A DNA stretch of 64,000 nt from contig OZ024746.1 in NCBI GenBank assembly GCA_964016885.1, positions 82,274,001 through 82,338,000 of the forward strand, given 5' to 3'. The stretch is from Eledone cirrhosa (lineage: Eukaryota). Below the pieces are notes generated by a model, which did no database searches, was not told the DNA's origin, and saw nothing but the letters and a program-made list of their open reading frames with translations. This document shows positions 49,463 through 63,340 of the stretch, in pieces (position 1 is the first letter of the stretch; each line of letters starts with the position of its first letter). The position numbers and the translations under genes are program-made.

Positions 49463-51058
49463 CATTATAGTTTACATGAAGCATCGTGAGATATGTAATA
49501 AATAAGGTGTTCGAAAAGAAAAGCCGGTACAATGGTGATAGAAATATATAGGTGATACTGGATTAAAAGAATGACAAAACAAAATAATGTTTTTACTCAA
49601 TATATATTTCTTCATGATATTTCACGGTAAATATCTTTTCAAATGAATGCAGAAAAACGAATCGTTCTGTTTTCTGATTTCACGAACCTTTTCCTTCGAT
49701 TACCGGTGCCTTGTTTCCTTGGACAAAGGACGTTATTACTTTTATGGGCAGAACAGGAACTCTTGTAGTCTAACAGGGGTCCAACACACACACACTATTG
49801 TGTATATATATAGTATATATAAATGTGTGTGTATACATATATATAATCATAAAATATTTCACACACAAAAATATGCATATATATATATTCAGATATAGTC
49901 GACATTCAACAATGCTTTCTTTCAGATACCTTCTCTCCACCTCCCATTACTAATCAGTTCATCACGGCTATTTATACACTCTTAAATCCAATTATTGTGA
50001 AAGGATTGAGTGAAGCATACTCTGAATGCAACCCCCTTTATGTTCACTGAGACGGATGCATTATGTTAACCAATAATTCACAATTAATTACTGTCAATTT
50101 CCATAGCCAAACAGTGAAGCTAACATGCACGCATTCTTTCTCTCTCACTCATGCACGCACACAGACACCAGATATAATATAATTCTAAATTTCTGAATAA
50201 AGGAATTTAGTTATTATACAAGTAATGACCAATTATATGTAACCTATCCACTTAATGATACAACTGCATTAAACCTATATTGGAGATCAGTTTCCTTTCC
50301 TGAGTTTATAATTTTGGAGATATAAATCTTTCTTACATAAAATTAATAGGTGTTTCAAGAAGAAATAAAACTAGTATTCAAAGTTAGTAATTTTGTGATA
50401 TATATTAAATTACTACATTATTCACTTCCACTTCGTATATCATCGTTGTTATCATCATGGTTTTGCATCCCCATTTTTAAGCAGTATTCTACAACTGGAT
50501 GCCCTTCCTAATACCAGCCCTTGTTTTGTTTTTTTAATTGGGTACTTGTTCCACTGAGCTTCAAATGCTGAAGTGCTCAACTCTGGGGAATGAACAAACA
50601 TCAACTTCCTACATGGTGTTAATGTAAAGATATATTGAGATAAACATATCATACACATATATCAATTTCCATCTGCCAATCTCACTCACAGAGCATTTGA
50701 CATCCTGTGGCTATACTAGTAGGCACTTGCCCAAGGAGCTATGTAATGTGATCAAACCTGAAAGCCCATGGTTGCAAAATGAGCTGATTAACCTCATACA
50801 GCTATATATATATCATCATCATCATACGTCCGATTTTCCCTGCTTGCAAGGGTGGGACAGGTCCTATTCAGCACAACATCTCTCCACTTGTCACGGTCCT
50901 TCGTCATCTCCGTGAGCTTCAGCGATCTGAGGTCCGCTCTCACCACCTACGCCCATGTTCTTCCTCTACTGCGTCTTTCTTCTACTGGCACTTCTTTACC
51001 AAGGGTCATCCTCCATGCGCATCACATGTCCATATATATATGTGTGTGTGTGTGTATG

Positions 51059-51090
<32 letters not shown>

Positions 51091-52269
51091 CATGCTCCAA
51101 AACTGCTCTCTTCCACAAGAAAACACCATGTCCTCCCACACTCTTCATAAACCTCTCCTGTCCAACCTATTCATACAAGCATAAAAGGCTGGAGATGCTC
51201 CACACTTGCTGTCACAACAAAACCACCTTGTCCACCTTGTAAGGTATACATGCTGGTGACATGAAAAAGCACTCGGTTCACCCGGTAAGGTGGTTGTTTT
51301 GATGCTACAATAAACAGGTACCCAGTCCACACTGTAACGTGATTGGCATTAAGAAGGGCATCCAGCCATAGAAACCAAGCCTCAAACAGATTCATATGAG
51401 CAAAGCCTGGTCACCTGACCTGATTTGTCTCATAACATAACTTGTCTAACTCATGCAAGCATGGACAATAGATATTAAACAATGATGATTGTGATACATA
51501 TACATACATATGTAATAATTGTTTGTACTTTTGGGACAAGGCCAGCAGGAAAGTCGATTAAATCTACCCCAGTATATTACTGGTACTTTATTTTATCAAG
51601 CCCATAAGGATGAAAGGCAAAGTTAACCTCGGCGGGATTTGAACTCAGAACATAAAGGGACGTAACTATGCTGGAAAGCATAGCGTCTGACCCTCTACCT
51701 ATACTGCCAATCTACCACCGCCAATAATAAATAATGAAAGAGAACAAAATATCAATGTGCAGACAAATCATTAGTAGTTATATAACTCCAGGCTATCGTG
51801 TTTCCACAAAAACCAGATGGTTATATATCATGTCCTGACTAGGCAGAACATTCATGTATATATATATATATAGATATATATGACAAACTTCCTCGGTTTC
51901 CACCACAAAGGATTGGGTATTGATCAGTCTAAAGCTGTAGAAGACACTTGCCCAATGTGTCATGCAGTGTGATAGAACTCAAGACCAAGGGATTGTAAAG
52001 TGACCTTCTGAACCATGATATATATGACTGAATGAACATAGACAATATTCACTAATGAGACAATCTCCCTAGTTCTGCTTCCATGGTAAAATGATTGCAC
52101 CCAGCATACTCTTAAAAAAAAGTTGGTGATATGAAGGACAGCCATTCATAGAAACCATGTCAAAATATGGACTATACAAGCCATTTAAGAGAGTAGTAAC
52201 TTTGTATAAGAACTGACTCTGATCATGATGACCTCTCCAGCTTTTGTCAGCATGGAAAAGTGGACATAA

Positions 52270-53060
52270 AATAATGTTTCTACTTTCGGCACAAGGCCAG
52301 CAATTACCCCCAGAAATTTCTTGGGGAGGAGGTGTTGTCAATTAAATCTATCCTAGAAATTGACTGGTACTTTATTTTATTGAACCTAGGAAAGATGAAA
52401 AACAAAGTTGACCAGAATTTAAATACAGGATATTATGAGCCAGAATGAATACTGCAAGGTATAATAATAATAATTGTTTCTACTTTTGGCACAAGGCCAG
52501 CAATTATCCCAGTGTATTACTGGTGCTTTATTTTATCGACCGACCCCGTAAGGATGAAAGGCAAAGTCAACCTCGGCGGGATTTGAACTCAGATCGTAAA
52601 GGGACGTAACTATGCTGGAAAGCATGGCGTCCGACCCTCCACCGATACTGCCAATCCACCGCCCTTGCCAGGTATAATAATAATAATTGTTTCTACTTTT
52701 GGCACAAGGACAGCAATTATTCCAGTGTATTACTGGTGCTTTATTTTATTGACCCTGTAAGGATGAAACGCCAAATTAACCTCGGCAGATTTGAACTCAG
52801 AACGCAATGGGCTATAACTCTATGCTGCAAAGCATGGTGTCTGATGCTCTACCGATACTACCAAACCACTGCCCTATTGAATTTTAAGTCCAACCAAGTG
52901 GACATAAAATAATGATGTTGATGATAATGCTTTCTAATTTAGGTACAAGGCAAGTAATTTTATGGGAAGGGAAAATTGATTAAATTGACCCCAGTACTTA
53001 ACTGGTATTTCATTTTATCAAATTTCAAAAGGATTAAAAACAAAGTAGATCTCTGGGGAA
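52270..53060 (-). mobile_element. Tandem cluster of four copies of the same Meta-like SINE
   Basis: Repeated TTTCTACTTT.GGCACAAGGCCAGCAATT ... GGATGAAAGGCAAAGT ... GATTTGAACTCAGA. The youngest-looking copy is 52472-52663. Confidence 0.85.
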
Positions 53061-55151
53061 TGATGATAATGACAATGATGATATCCATTCATGTTGATTT
53101 GAATCTCTTTTCAAAAAGTGTTTTCCCAGAGAGATTTGCTTTGGACATGACTAATATATTTTCACTATTTATTTTGTTGACTCTTAACAAAAAGGTCAAT
53201 GTCTGTTAATGGTGGTGTGGTATATTGGGTTCAATCAAGCAATCAGCATGCAGTATCGGTAGAGGGTCGGACGCCATGCTTTCCAGCATAGTTACGTCCC
53301 TTTACGATCTGAGTTCAAATCCTGCCAAGGTTGACTTTGCCTTTCATCCTTACGGGGTCGATAAAATAAAGTACCAGTAATGCACTGGGTAATTGCTGGC
53401 CTTGTGCCTAAAGTAGAAACAATTATAGTTTAACATAAGCTATAATTGCATCTAATCCTTGTTAGCAGCGAAAACGGATGTTAAACTATAATTGTTTCTA
53501 CTTTAGGCACAAGGCCAGCAATTACCCAGTGCAGTACCAGTAATGCACTGGATAATTGCTGGCCTTGTGCCTAAAGTAGAAACAATTATAGTTTAACATC
53601 CGCTTTCGCTGCTAACAAGGATTAGATGCAATTATAGCTTTGGAAAGAGTGTTCTTGTATTTCCACAATCTTTTCGATTAGCTACAATTTCTTTTGAACA
53701 TGTTACTTTTAGTTATTACTAATTAATATTTATAGCATTAAAGCACCCAAAACTAATTTAATACAAACTTAAGGCAAAAAATTCATCATATAATAAAATT
53801 ATGATTTTGTAATAACAGAACCAACCGTAGAAATCTAGTCAGAAACAGTCCTATATGAGTGAGACATGGTCACTCGACCCAACTTGCCTCAAATGGTACA
53901 AACCCGTCTAACCCATGCTAGTGTGGAAAATAGACGTTAATCGATGATAAGCAATGATAGAATTGCTACTATTAGCTATATATATTTTTACATATGAATT
54001 TAGTGACTTTTAATTATCAATGGTATCTATTTTATTGTTGTTACGCCATGGCCCCAGCAGAGAGAATGATGAATGGAATGAGTTTTGTCCAAGAAAACAG
54101 CAAAGGAGATGTGCTCATAGACCTTGTCCAATTTGCAGGAGTCATTTTTGTGGATGACCACCTACTCCATCCCAATTACAGTAAGTATTAAGGTAGTTTG
54201 GGGACCAAGGACACCACTAGATGTTTCCATAGCTATGGGTAGTTGAAATTGATATAAACTGAGATGAAATTATTTAATGTATATAGTCTCACTATTGGAT
54301 ACCTTGCAAACAGACTGGTTACATGAAAGATGCCCACCTACCACACCTACTACCATGGACACACCCTAAGCCAATCCTAACCCCTTTATCTGCAGAGACA
54401 ACTCATTGCCCCAAACTGTAACTCTCGGACTCTCCAAACAAACCTACCAGTCTATTGTAAGCCTTCTACTGCTACTCTGTATATACCCTTAGCAGAGTGG
54501 GACCACACTTTGGATACCCATCAGAGAATTATGGAGAGATGTGGCCTCATGGCTCTGGTGAAAGCAACCCAACTAAGATGTTGGCCTCCCTAGCAACCAT
54601 CTATGAGAGCAGAAGCTCTGAATAAAATTTTACTTAGGTGAGACATATATTCTCCAAGCCATGAAGAAGACAATCCATCTTGGAGAGCAGTAACTCTGAA
54701 TATTAACTGATACATTATAAAAGAGATATTTTTACCAGATTCTACTGCCATCCAGAAAAAGAGTAGGCAGGAATTCCATAGGATGTACAAAATGTAAACT
54801 ATAGGTGTGTATAGCAGATGTCCATAAGAAGTTAGTATTAAGAGCACTTGTGACATGAATTCTTTCAAATGTTTAGAGGGTATCCTAGAAGTAGTTGACA
54901 GTTTCTGTTACCTAGGTCATCTTATTAACACTAAAAGAGAGTCTTCCAAAGATATGGTAACCAGAGTAAGAAAAGTGTGTGGAAAGTATGATCTCAGCAG
55001 GCAACAAAAAGATTCTCTCTCCAAAAAAGGGCAGATTGAATGATTCATGTGTGTGATGTGTGATGCTGTATAATAGAGAAACATGAGCATTAAATGTGAA
55101 AGATGTGCAAAGTCTGGAAGGAAATGAAACATGCTCCATATATATATATAA

Positions 55152-55404
55152 TAATAATGAAATTATTGTGTACAGTGCTCAGGTGCATTACAACTCATCA
55201 AAAGTGCATGTATAGTACATAGAATAATGTGTAAATGTCAGGAAAGTGAACAGTTAATGAGTCATGATATACATGTGTGCATGTGTATGGAGGGGGGATA
55301 TCAGGTGTGGTGTTGGTGAATTTCAGGAAACATGGAGGTTTTAAAGGATGCAGTGTCCCGGCAGCTAACAACTAATGCAGGTAGTTTGTTCCATGCTTCA
55401 GCAA
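55152..55404 (-). mobile_element. CR1-type LINE 3' end
   Basis: AEAWNKLPALVVSCRDTASFKTSM...* followed by a 3' UTR and (ATT)n tail. Confidence 0.75.
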
Positions 55405-57926
55405 TAAAGTATTAATGAGCTAGGAGAAAAACTAGGCATGAAAGGAATTTGATGTAGTTGATGTACATCTTGTCTTTTATATACATCTAGAACATTATGA
55501 AATTCTTTTAGCTAAAATGTGTTGGATTATAGGTTTACCCAATAAAAGGTGTCTCAGGGTTAAATAATAACAATACATGTACAGTTCTTCAAAATATCGG
55601 CATTATCAACCCTCCTTAACCCTCAATTCTATGGTTTTATGGAAGCGATGAGTCTGATCCTTCTTTCCTAGAAAACCCTATAAAAATTATCTTCATGATA
55701 ATTCTATGGTACTTGATTTTCTTAGGTATAGTGGAGGTATATATATTTCTATGTTCTCTTATGGACACATGCTTGTATAATGCAATTTAGCCTAAGCTAT
55801 ATCATCATCATCATCATCGTTTAACGTCCATCTTCCACACTTGCATGGGTTTATATATATATATATATAGTGTGTGTGGTCAATATGTATTTACTGTACA
55901 TCTGAAGTACTAAATAAACATCTTAATTTATTTATACTTTCGGTTACTAATTTGATGTCAAATTGTGTGAGTATTCTCTCAAAACATTCAAATTTTACAT
56001 TCCTTGATTGTCAAAACAATAAAATAACTAGTTTTTCTAACACTGTTGGCACACATTACTTGTTCTGCTACATTTATTCAATAAAACATTCATTCCACAT
56101 CCATTTTTACCTGCTTCTACTTTACCAAATGTGTCTCTAATTCCCCAGAGCAATTTATCGAAACGTTTTGTTTTGTTTGTTTTTTCTCAGTGAGAACAAT
56201 ATTCTCGAAATGAATTTATTCAAAACATTTCCATTTTTGTTTTGTTTTTTGTTTTTTGCACTTATGATTACTATCCATCTAAATTTACTATTATTTCTAA
56301 TTTTTCAACGTTAGACTAAAAATAATCTACTTTATAAAATAAAAGGTGAACTAAATATATTCCTGTGAAATGTGATACACAACTTGATAAAGATACTCAT
56401 GTATGATGAATGAGTTTTAATTTGTTTTCCCTTGCTTTTCACAGCTCTATTCAAACATCTCTCTATCAGTAAAAATTAGTCTATTATGTATTGCTGAAAG
56501 ATAGAATCTAAAAGAAGTTTGTATTTATTTTTGTTACATTAATCAACCTGTTTTTATTGGGAAACAAAATTAAAATTTTCCCTTCAAAATGTTGCATATA
56601 AAAAAAAATCTTATTTTTACTGTCATATATTTGTTGGATGATTTCTTTAATTAAAGAAGTTTAATTGAACTTCAGAAGTTAACAAAGAAGTGTATTCAAG
56701 TATAAATGTGCCAGTGGCCAAAATTAGATATTGATAATATTCAATAGTGATTTTGTATAGAATGATTTTTTATTTGTTTTTTAGCTTTTTAAATATTGAT
56801 TACATAAACATGTATCAAATGAAATCGATTTATAAATATGACATTTAATATTTGATGAATAAATTTCCAATACAACAATATAAAGAATTTCACCTTATAT
56901 ATGAGCAATTGTTTAAGAAAAATAAATGCAAACAACTAAAGAATTCAATATGGATTGCAGAGTAATATATTTATTGTGAATGGAAATTCTATAGTTATTC
57001 TCAAAGCTTTGTCTTACAGGTGATACCAGCATAAGTGTAAGGAAAAGCTATGAGTAACTATACAGAAATTCTAGCCAGAATGTCTGTCTGTCTGTGTGAA
57101 GCAGAGTTTTAAAAAAATAGCAGTGATCTAGGTTAAAAGAATAATTTGATATACTTGCAAATTTGAATAAGTTTGACAAGAATGCTGATGTTTTGTGCAA
57201 AGCACTTCATTAGATCAAGAAATGTTTTAAAACTTTATGACAGTACTCATTATCATCACCGTTTAATGTTCATTTTTCCATGCTAGCATGGGTTTGACAA
57301 GCTGTCCCATTGTGAGATAAGCCAGATCCGATGAGTGAGTCTTGCTCATACAGAACTGATTCTGGCTTGGTTTCTATGGTTAGAGGCCCTTTCTAATGCC
57401 AACCACATTTACAGTGTGGGCTGGGCGCTTTTTGTCATGACACCTACATGACCACTTTACAGTGTGGACCAGGCGCTTTTTGTCATGGTATCAAAACAAC
57501 GACTTTACAGTGTGGGGTGGGGTAGGTTCATGGGAATTAGAGAAGTAGATCTATGGTGAGGCACTTATATATAGTCTTATAGAAATAATTTGAATATATA
57601 GAATATATAGCTTTGATAAAGATAACTTTATTTTAAAATAAATTCATGGAATAATCTTTGATTTGTTCTAAGATATTCCAATAATTATTCTCTAGAACAG
57701 TGTTTCTGAATGTGGATATTTTGGAGTCAATTTTTCTAAATTTTAAATTATACTTATTTAATAACAAACATATTTTTTGAAGGTGCATCACATTTTTTTA
57801 GGTGTCTTGATGGATCAGGGAGCCCAAAAAGTTTAGAACCACTGCATTACAAGAATTTATTTTACTGGTGATACCTAAATTTTGTTATTTACTGCGCTAC
57901 CTATAAGTCTAAGCACTATTACTATA

Positions 57927-58854
57927 TCTATATATCTAAAACAAGAGAATGTCTGTCTGTCTCTCTCCCTAAAACTCGAGAACCACCCAACCGATTTTTT
58001 TTTTTCAAATTTTACTTATGTAATACTTATAGTCGTGTGAGTGTTTTGAGCAAAAAATATTTCAAATTTTCAATGCCCTAGGGACCGCATTAGGCACCCG
58101 TTAACAATCTCTTTCTCTCTCTTTCTTAGTGTGTCATTTTAGATAGATACATAGCTATAACGTCGTGCCCTTATAATATCTGTCTGTATGTCTGACTGTG
58201 TGCATTACGACATTATAAAAACGTCTTCACAAACCAAAGTATCGTCTTCCTATTGTCCTTCGGTTGCAGCGTATTTTGAAATATTTAATTCTGCATTCAC
58301 AGATTGATTTTTTTTAGTTTCAGAAGATCCTGTTAGGGGTGAAAGCAGCGATTCTTTGCTTAAACTTTAATCTGTTATTTTAATATATATATATAATTAT
58401 ATATTTGTGTACAGATATTTTTGCATACACAAAAACAAAATATAAACAAACGTATGTATTTCACGAAAGCACAGACAGCTTATCGTCATTGTTACTGCCG
58501 ATATGCCACCCAAAAAGTCCCACTACTTTTGGCACAAGGCCAGCAATTACATAGTCAATGGTTCGGAAATCACATGCATCACTGACGAGTTTAGTCTTTA
58601 CTCTACCAGTTAGTCTTAGTGTACTTCGTCCTGCTTTTAGGTCATGCCTCGAAGGAAGAGATACTCCATTGGCCGAAATACTGCGAAAGCAACAAGAAAA
58701 AGAACAAGGCGAGCAAACGAATCGTCGGTGGAATCTGCTATTCGGCGGTCGCAAGGCCGAGGTATTCCGTACTTCTCTGTACTGTTTCAGAAAGGAGGGA
58801 TAAACATACCAATCTATGTTTAGAATCCCGAGCAATGCTGGGCCATTCTGCTAG
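57927..58854 (+). mobile_element. Non-autonomous Helitron (~930 bp)
   Basis: 5' A|TCTATATATCTAAAA..GTCTGTCTGTC..CAACCGATTTT. 3' hairpin CCCGAGCAATGCTGGG followed by CTAG|T. No TSD. Confidence 0.78.
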
Positions 58855-61731
58855 TTTCTAATAAAAAAAACACTGCCTGTGATTTTCAAATAACTTTCAA
58901 AATAATCAAGACTTTTGAGGGATTTAGTCACATAAGTAACTAACTTTCTCGTTATTAAGCTAGTGTTTGAAACATAACTTAATAAAGTTACATTAAGTTA
59001 AAATGAAGGGTTTTTTTCAATAAATATAAACACTTTAAAACAAACATTTTCCTATCATACAACCATAGATGGTTTCAGGCAGTTGAAGCATTACAATTCA
59101 GTTTATTCTCTCTGAAAAATTCTGCAACGTCCCCATTTCCTCATGTTTTTGGACAGAGAATTTAACGATTCTATAAACAATCTAATTATTTCCAGTCTGG
59201 AACAAATAGAGCATAGCCACACTCTCTTTTTCCAGTGGTATACTTTAAATTCCCCAATTAAAGACCATTACGAACTAAAAGCATCTCTCTATAATTCAAT
59301 AGGCAAGTATTCTCTACTTCCTACATAATATGATCCTTCTGTGTGATTCCCACATTAGTGTAATGTATACAGATCTTAGCAGACAACTGACAGTGCATCC
59401 TGAAGGCAATTTAATATACAAACTCGTTTTTCAACACAGGAAAAAAATTTAAGAATGTATTATAAAACAATGCAAAAACTCCATAAAATTATGGTCATTA
59501 GATATAAGAAAATAGAAACAATTCTGATACAAACAATGAGTACACAGTGAAACTACAGCTAAAATATGATGGCTAAAGTTTTATGACAACAGCATCTTCA
59601 CATATATCCTCAACGCTCAATGCTGCACACATAATCTTTAGCTGTGTAATGTGAAGTAGATTCATTTAACTCATTCAAGAATGAAAACATTTGACATAAA
59701 ACTGATGTTGATATCATAACATCACCACCATCGTTTTACATCAACTTCTTTATGCTGGCATAGGTTGGACAGGACTTTTTGAGGCAATGTTTTACAACTG
59801 AATGCTATTCCTGGCATCAACTCTTTTAGTCACATGGAGGGATACAGTGTACCTATTCTAAACCAGATATATATTGTTATATACTCATTTTATACCCATA
59901 TTTTCCATGCTTGCAAAGGTTGCACAATCCATTTTTTGTGTCTTCTGGTGTGCACCACAACAAAGAAAATTACTGATCTATGTTATTGCATATATCGTTT
60001 TTTTATGGTTGAATGCCATTCCTATCACCAAATGTTTTATGGTTTTATAGGTTAGACTGGGTGTATTATATATATATATATATAATCATCACTGTTTAAC
60101 ATCCAATTTTCCCCTCTAGCATGGGTTAGATGAGTTGTCTTGTTTGAAATAAGCCAGATCAGATGAGACTTGCTCATACAGAACTAATTCTAGCTTGGTT
60201 TCTATGGTTGGAGGCCCTTCCTAACGCCAACCACATTTACAGTGTGGACTGGGTTCTTTTTATCATGGCTTCAAAATGACTACAGTGTGGACTGGGTGCT
60301 TTTTCTTGTGGCACCTACATGCCCAATTTACAGTGTGGACTGGGCGCTTTTTGTCATGGCACCAGGAACAACCACTTTACAGTGTGAACTGAGGGATGGG
60401 GTGGGAGAGGTGCATGGGGATTAGAGAAGTACATCGAGGGCGGAGCACTTATCAGGTGAGGGTGAATCAAAAATCCTTTACTGAGATTTTTATTTACATA
60501 AAGATACATTGACAAATTATTAAATGAATAACCTAAACTGTGTAAATTAAATTACAGAAAGTTTAAATTAAAATACAGAACAAAAGTTGTTGATTTAAGT
60601 TTGTTGATTATAATGGACTGTGAGCTTTCACTTTAAGCAGCCGATAAATTCCTTTTATGTTCTAATGCTCTTAGAAGTCTTCCATAATAATAAGTTATTT
60701 TCTTATCTGCATACTGTTACATTAAAATTCTTTGTGTGTGTGCGTGTGCGTGCGTGCATGTGTTCGTGCGTGTGTGTGTGTTTTCTTTTTATTAAGTCAT
60801 CTATTCTGTTAAATGCAGCACTATTACAAATTGGTCTTCTTATTTTTAGCTTTTAAAGCAGGTAAGAATTTACCTGAATTAAGTGAATAAAAATAACCAT
60901 AAGAAATCTTAAATTGGCAACATTACTACTATTGTCAGATAATAAATTTAGTATTGCTGGAAAGTTCCCAGGGTACCATAGTGATTATTCTATTTATATT
61001 GCCCAGATTCTCTTCATTACCATTCAAAAGCTCTTGAAATCAATAATCTATAAGTATGTTTAAAATTAGTGGCTGCCTTCTTTTTACTTCTGAACGCTTT
61101 TATCATATTGATGGCTTACTTAACTTTATGGTGCATGAAGTTTTATGTAAAGAAATTTCCTATTATTGCATAGATTACATTAAATAGCCATAAAATACAA
61201 GCTAGAATTATTTTATCTAAGAAAATACACTAGTATTTGGCTTTAGGAAAAGTATATTATATCTCATCAGCCTTATTTTATGTCTGCTTCACCATGCTGG
61301 TCTGGGTTGGACAGGTCATGATGGTCCAAGTCGATATTTATTCCAACCTAGATGAGTTGCGGAACATGCCTTGCTCATATATTACATCTTTTGACATGGT
61401 TTTTATGGCTGGACACCCTTCCTATTATCAACTATTTTACAGTGTATTGGGTACATTTAGCAGAAAGAACAAATTAAAAATATTGAGTCATCAAATACTG
61501 TTTAGGTTCAGTAATTTATATATCAATTATTTTCCAGAAATTATTTCATACATCCAACTCAGATATAGGAAAAGTATAGAAAAGGAAAACAAATATGTTT
61601 AAACTTCTGGTTAGATGATTTTGTGCATTCATCACCATTATCATCATTTAAAGTCTGTTTTCTCAAAAAAGAAATTAAATCCAGAGGTTTAGAATTTGAA
61701 ATTATCTTTTAATTTCATCTATTAGTACTGT

Positions 61732-61771
<40 letters not shown>

Positions 61772-61851
61772 GTGTGTGTCCCCCAGGTTAAATCGGGGGT
61801 AACCACAGTAAGTAAGGTACTCAATACATAGCAGAGTATGAATTTTTAATA

Positions 61852-61950
61852 TAGAAATGGCTTCTATAGGACTAGAACTGTTTCATTCGAAGGAAATCAT
61901 CAGCGTTTTCCTGATGATTTCCTTGAAACAGTTCTAGTCTTGTAGAAGCC

Positions 61951-61954
<4 letters not shown>
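61852..61954. ncRNA. Inverted pair of hammerhead-like motifs between (TA)n tracts, same family as 48732-48920
   Basis: CTGATGA on the - strand (61903-61897) and on the + strand (61911-61917), each followed by GAAACAGTTCTAGTC. Confidence 0.55.
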
Positions 61955-61997
<43 letters not shown>

Positions 61998-62939
61998 ATG
62001 AGAAGCAATAGAAGTGTATGCTAATGTTGGCTAATTTGCGTTTGCATATAGTGAATATGCGACACAAAAAAATGCACATATGTATAAAATCTTTGAATTT
62101 CAATTAATCTTGCCTAGTTTTTTCAAGGTTTGCCACCCAGCCTTCCAAATACAGATCTGCTTATAAGAAGGGTATGGTGCAGCCAACTGGCTAGACTCCT
62201 CTCATAATGGGACCACCCAGTTCCACACTGTAAACATGGTTGGTGCTAGGAAGGGCATGCAGCTGTAAAAAATGGCCAAAATAAAGTTCAATTTTAAGGC
62301 ATGGTGCGGCCAACTGGCCAGACTTGCTTCATAATATGGATGACCTGTCTAACCCATACAAGTATGGAAAATAAGAGGTCGATGATAATATATATATATA
62401 TATCCACACTGTAAACGTGGTTGGTGTTAGGAAGGGCATCCAGCCGTAGAAAACCCGCCAGACAGTCCTATACGAGCAAGACAACCAATCTTGCCTCAAG
62501 TGGGAAAATTCCCATCCAAACCCATGCAAGCATGGAAGATGGACGTTAAACGATGATGATGATGATGGTGATGATGATATATGAGAGTGTTGTAGTTCGC
62601 TTGAAGTATTGTGCATTAAGTATAAGAAGGTATGTAATTTGAAGGCTGCGACAATGCTAACGGTGAGGTACAATTTAAGATAGAAGAAGGCAACAAGCTG
62701 CACTGTGTTATCTGTTCTTTATTCAAATACAACTTTAATTTTCAAGATAAAATCTCCTCATCAGAATGGTCATGAATCTTGATTAATGACCAAATATGAT
62801 CACGAATGCAAGTAGCCAAAATGGTGTTCTATGTATGTGTATGTGTGTGTGTGTGTGTGAAAGAGTGGGAGATGGATGAGATGTTCTTAGATAAGACCAG
62901 TAAAACCGTAGGGCAAAGAAGCCTTATAATATGCATATA

Positions 62940-63340
62940 AAACAGTGGCTTAGATAGTCTGATCATATAGTATACTTAAGGGAACAGTCAATTGCCAAAA
63001 CAAGTAGTATATGAGGAGTTGAGCCAGGGAAATCACTTGCAATGTCTATGAAGAAAAAGCTATAAGGATTGTCTGAAAGATACACTAAAGAAAATTAATA
63101 TACATATCAATGCTTTGGAAGGACAAACACCAAACAGATTCTAGTGAAGGAGTCTTATTACCAGTGGTGTTGAAGAGTTTCAGACCAAGCACAAGCACCA
63201 AGCACATGTTCAATTAAAATACACTTCACAACATAATATGGGGATGATAGTACCACTTCAAGAAAAGGGCTTCAGCTGTCCCTAACAGTCTGTAATCATA
63301 TGTGCCTTTCAAATGCAAGTTTAATTAGCCATGAGCAATT
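62940..63340 (+). mobile_element. Decayed RTE (BovB-like) LINE C-terminus
   Basis: QLPKQVVYEELSQG, YKDCLKDTLK and CNHMCLSNASLISH pieces. Confidence 0.65.

Noticed and set aside
53994-54191. Second exon of the epimerase-like gene
   Set aside because: No GAT..SW or IRGGIP motif in the frames I checked, and it adjoins decayed LINE sequence. AG-GTG candidates at ~55183, ~57020 and ~57783 also fail.
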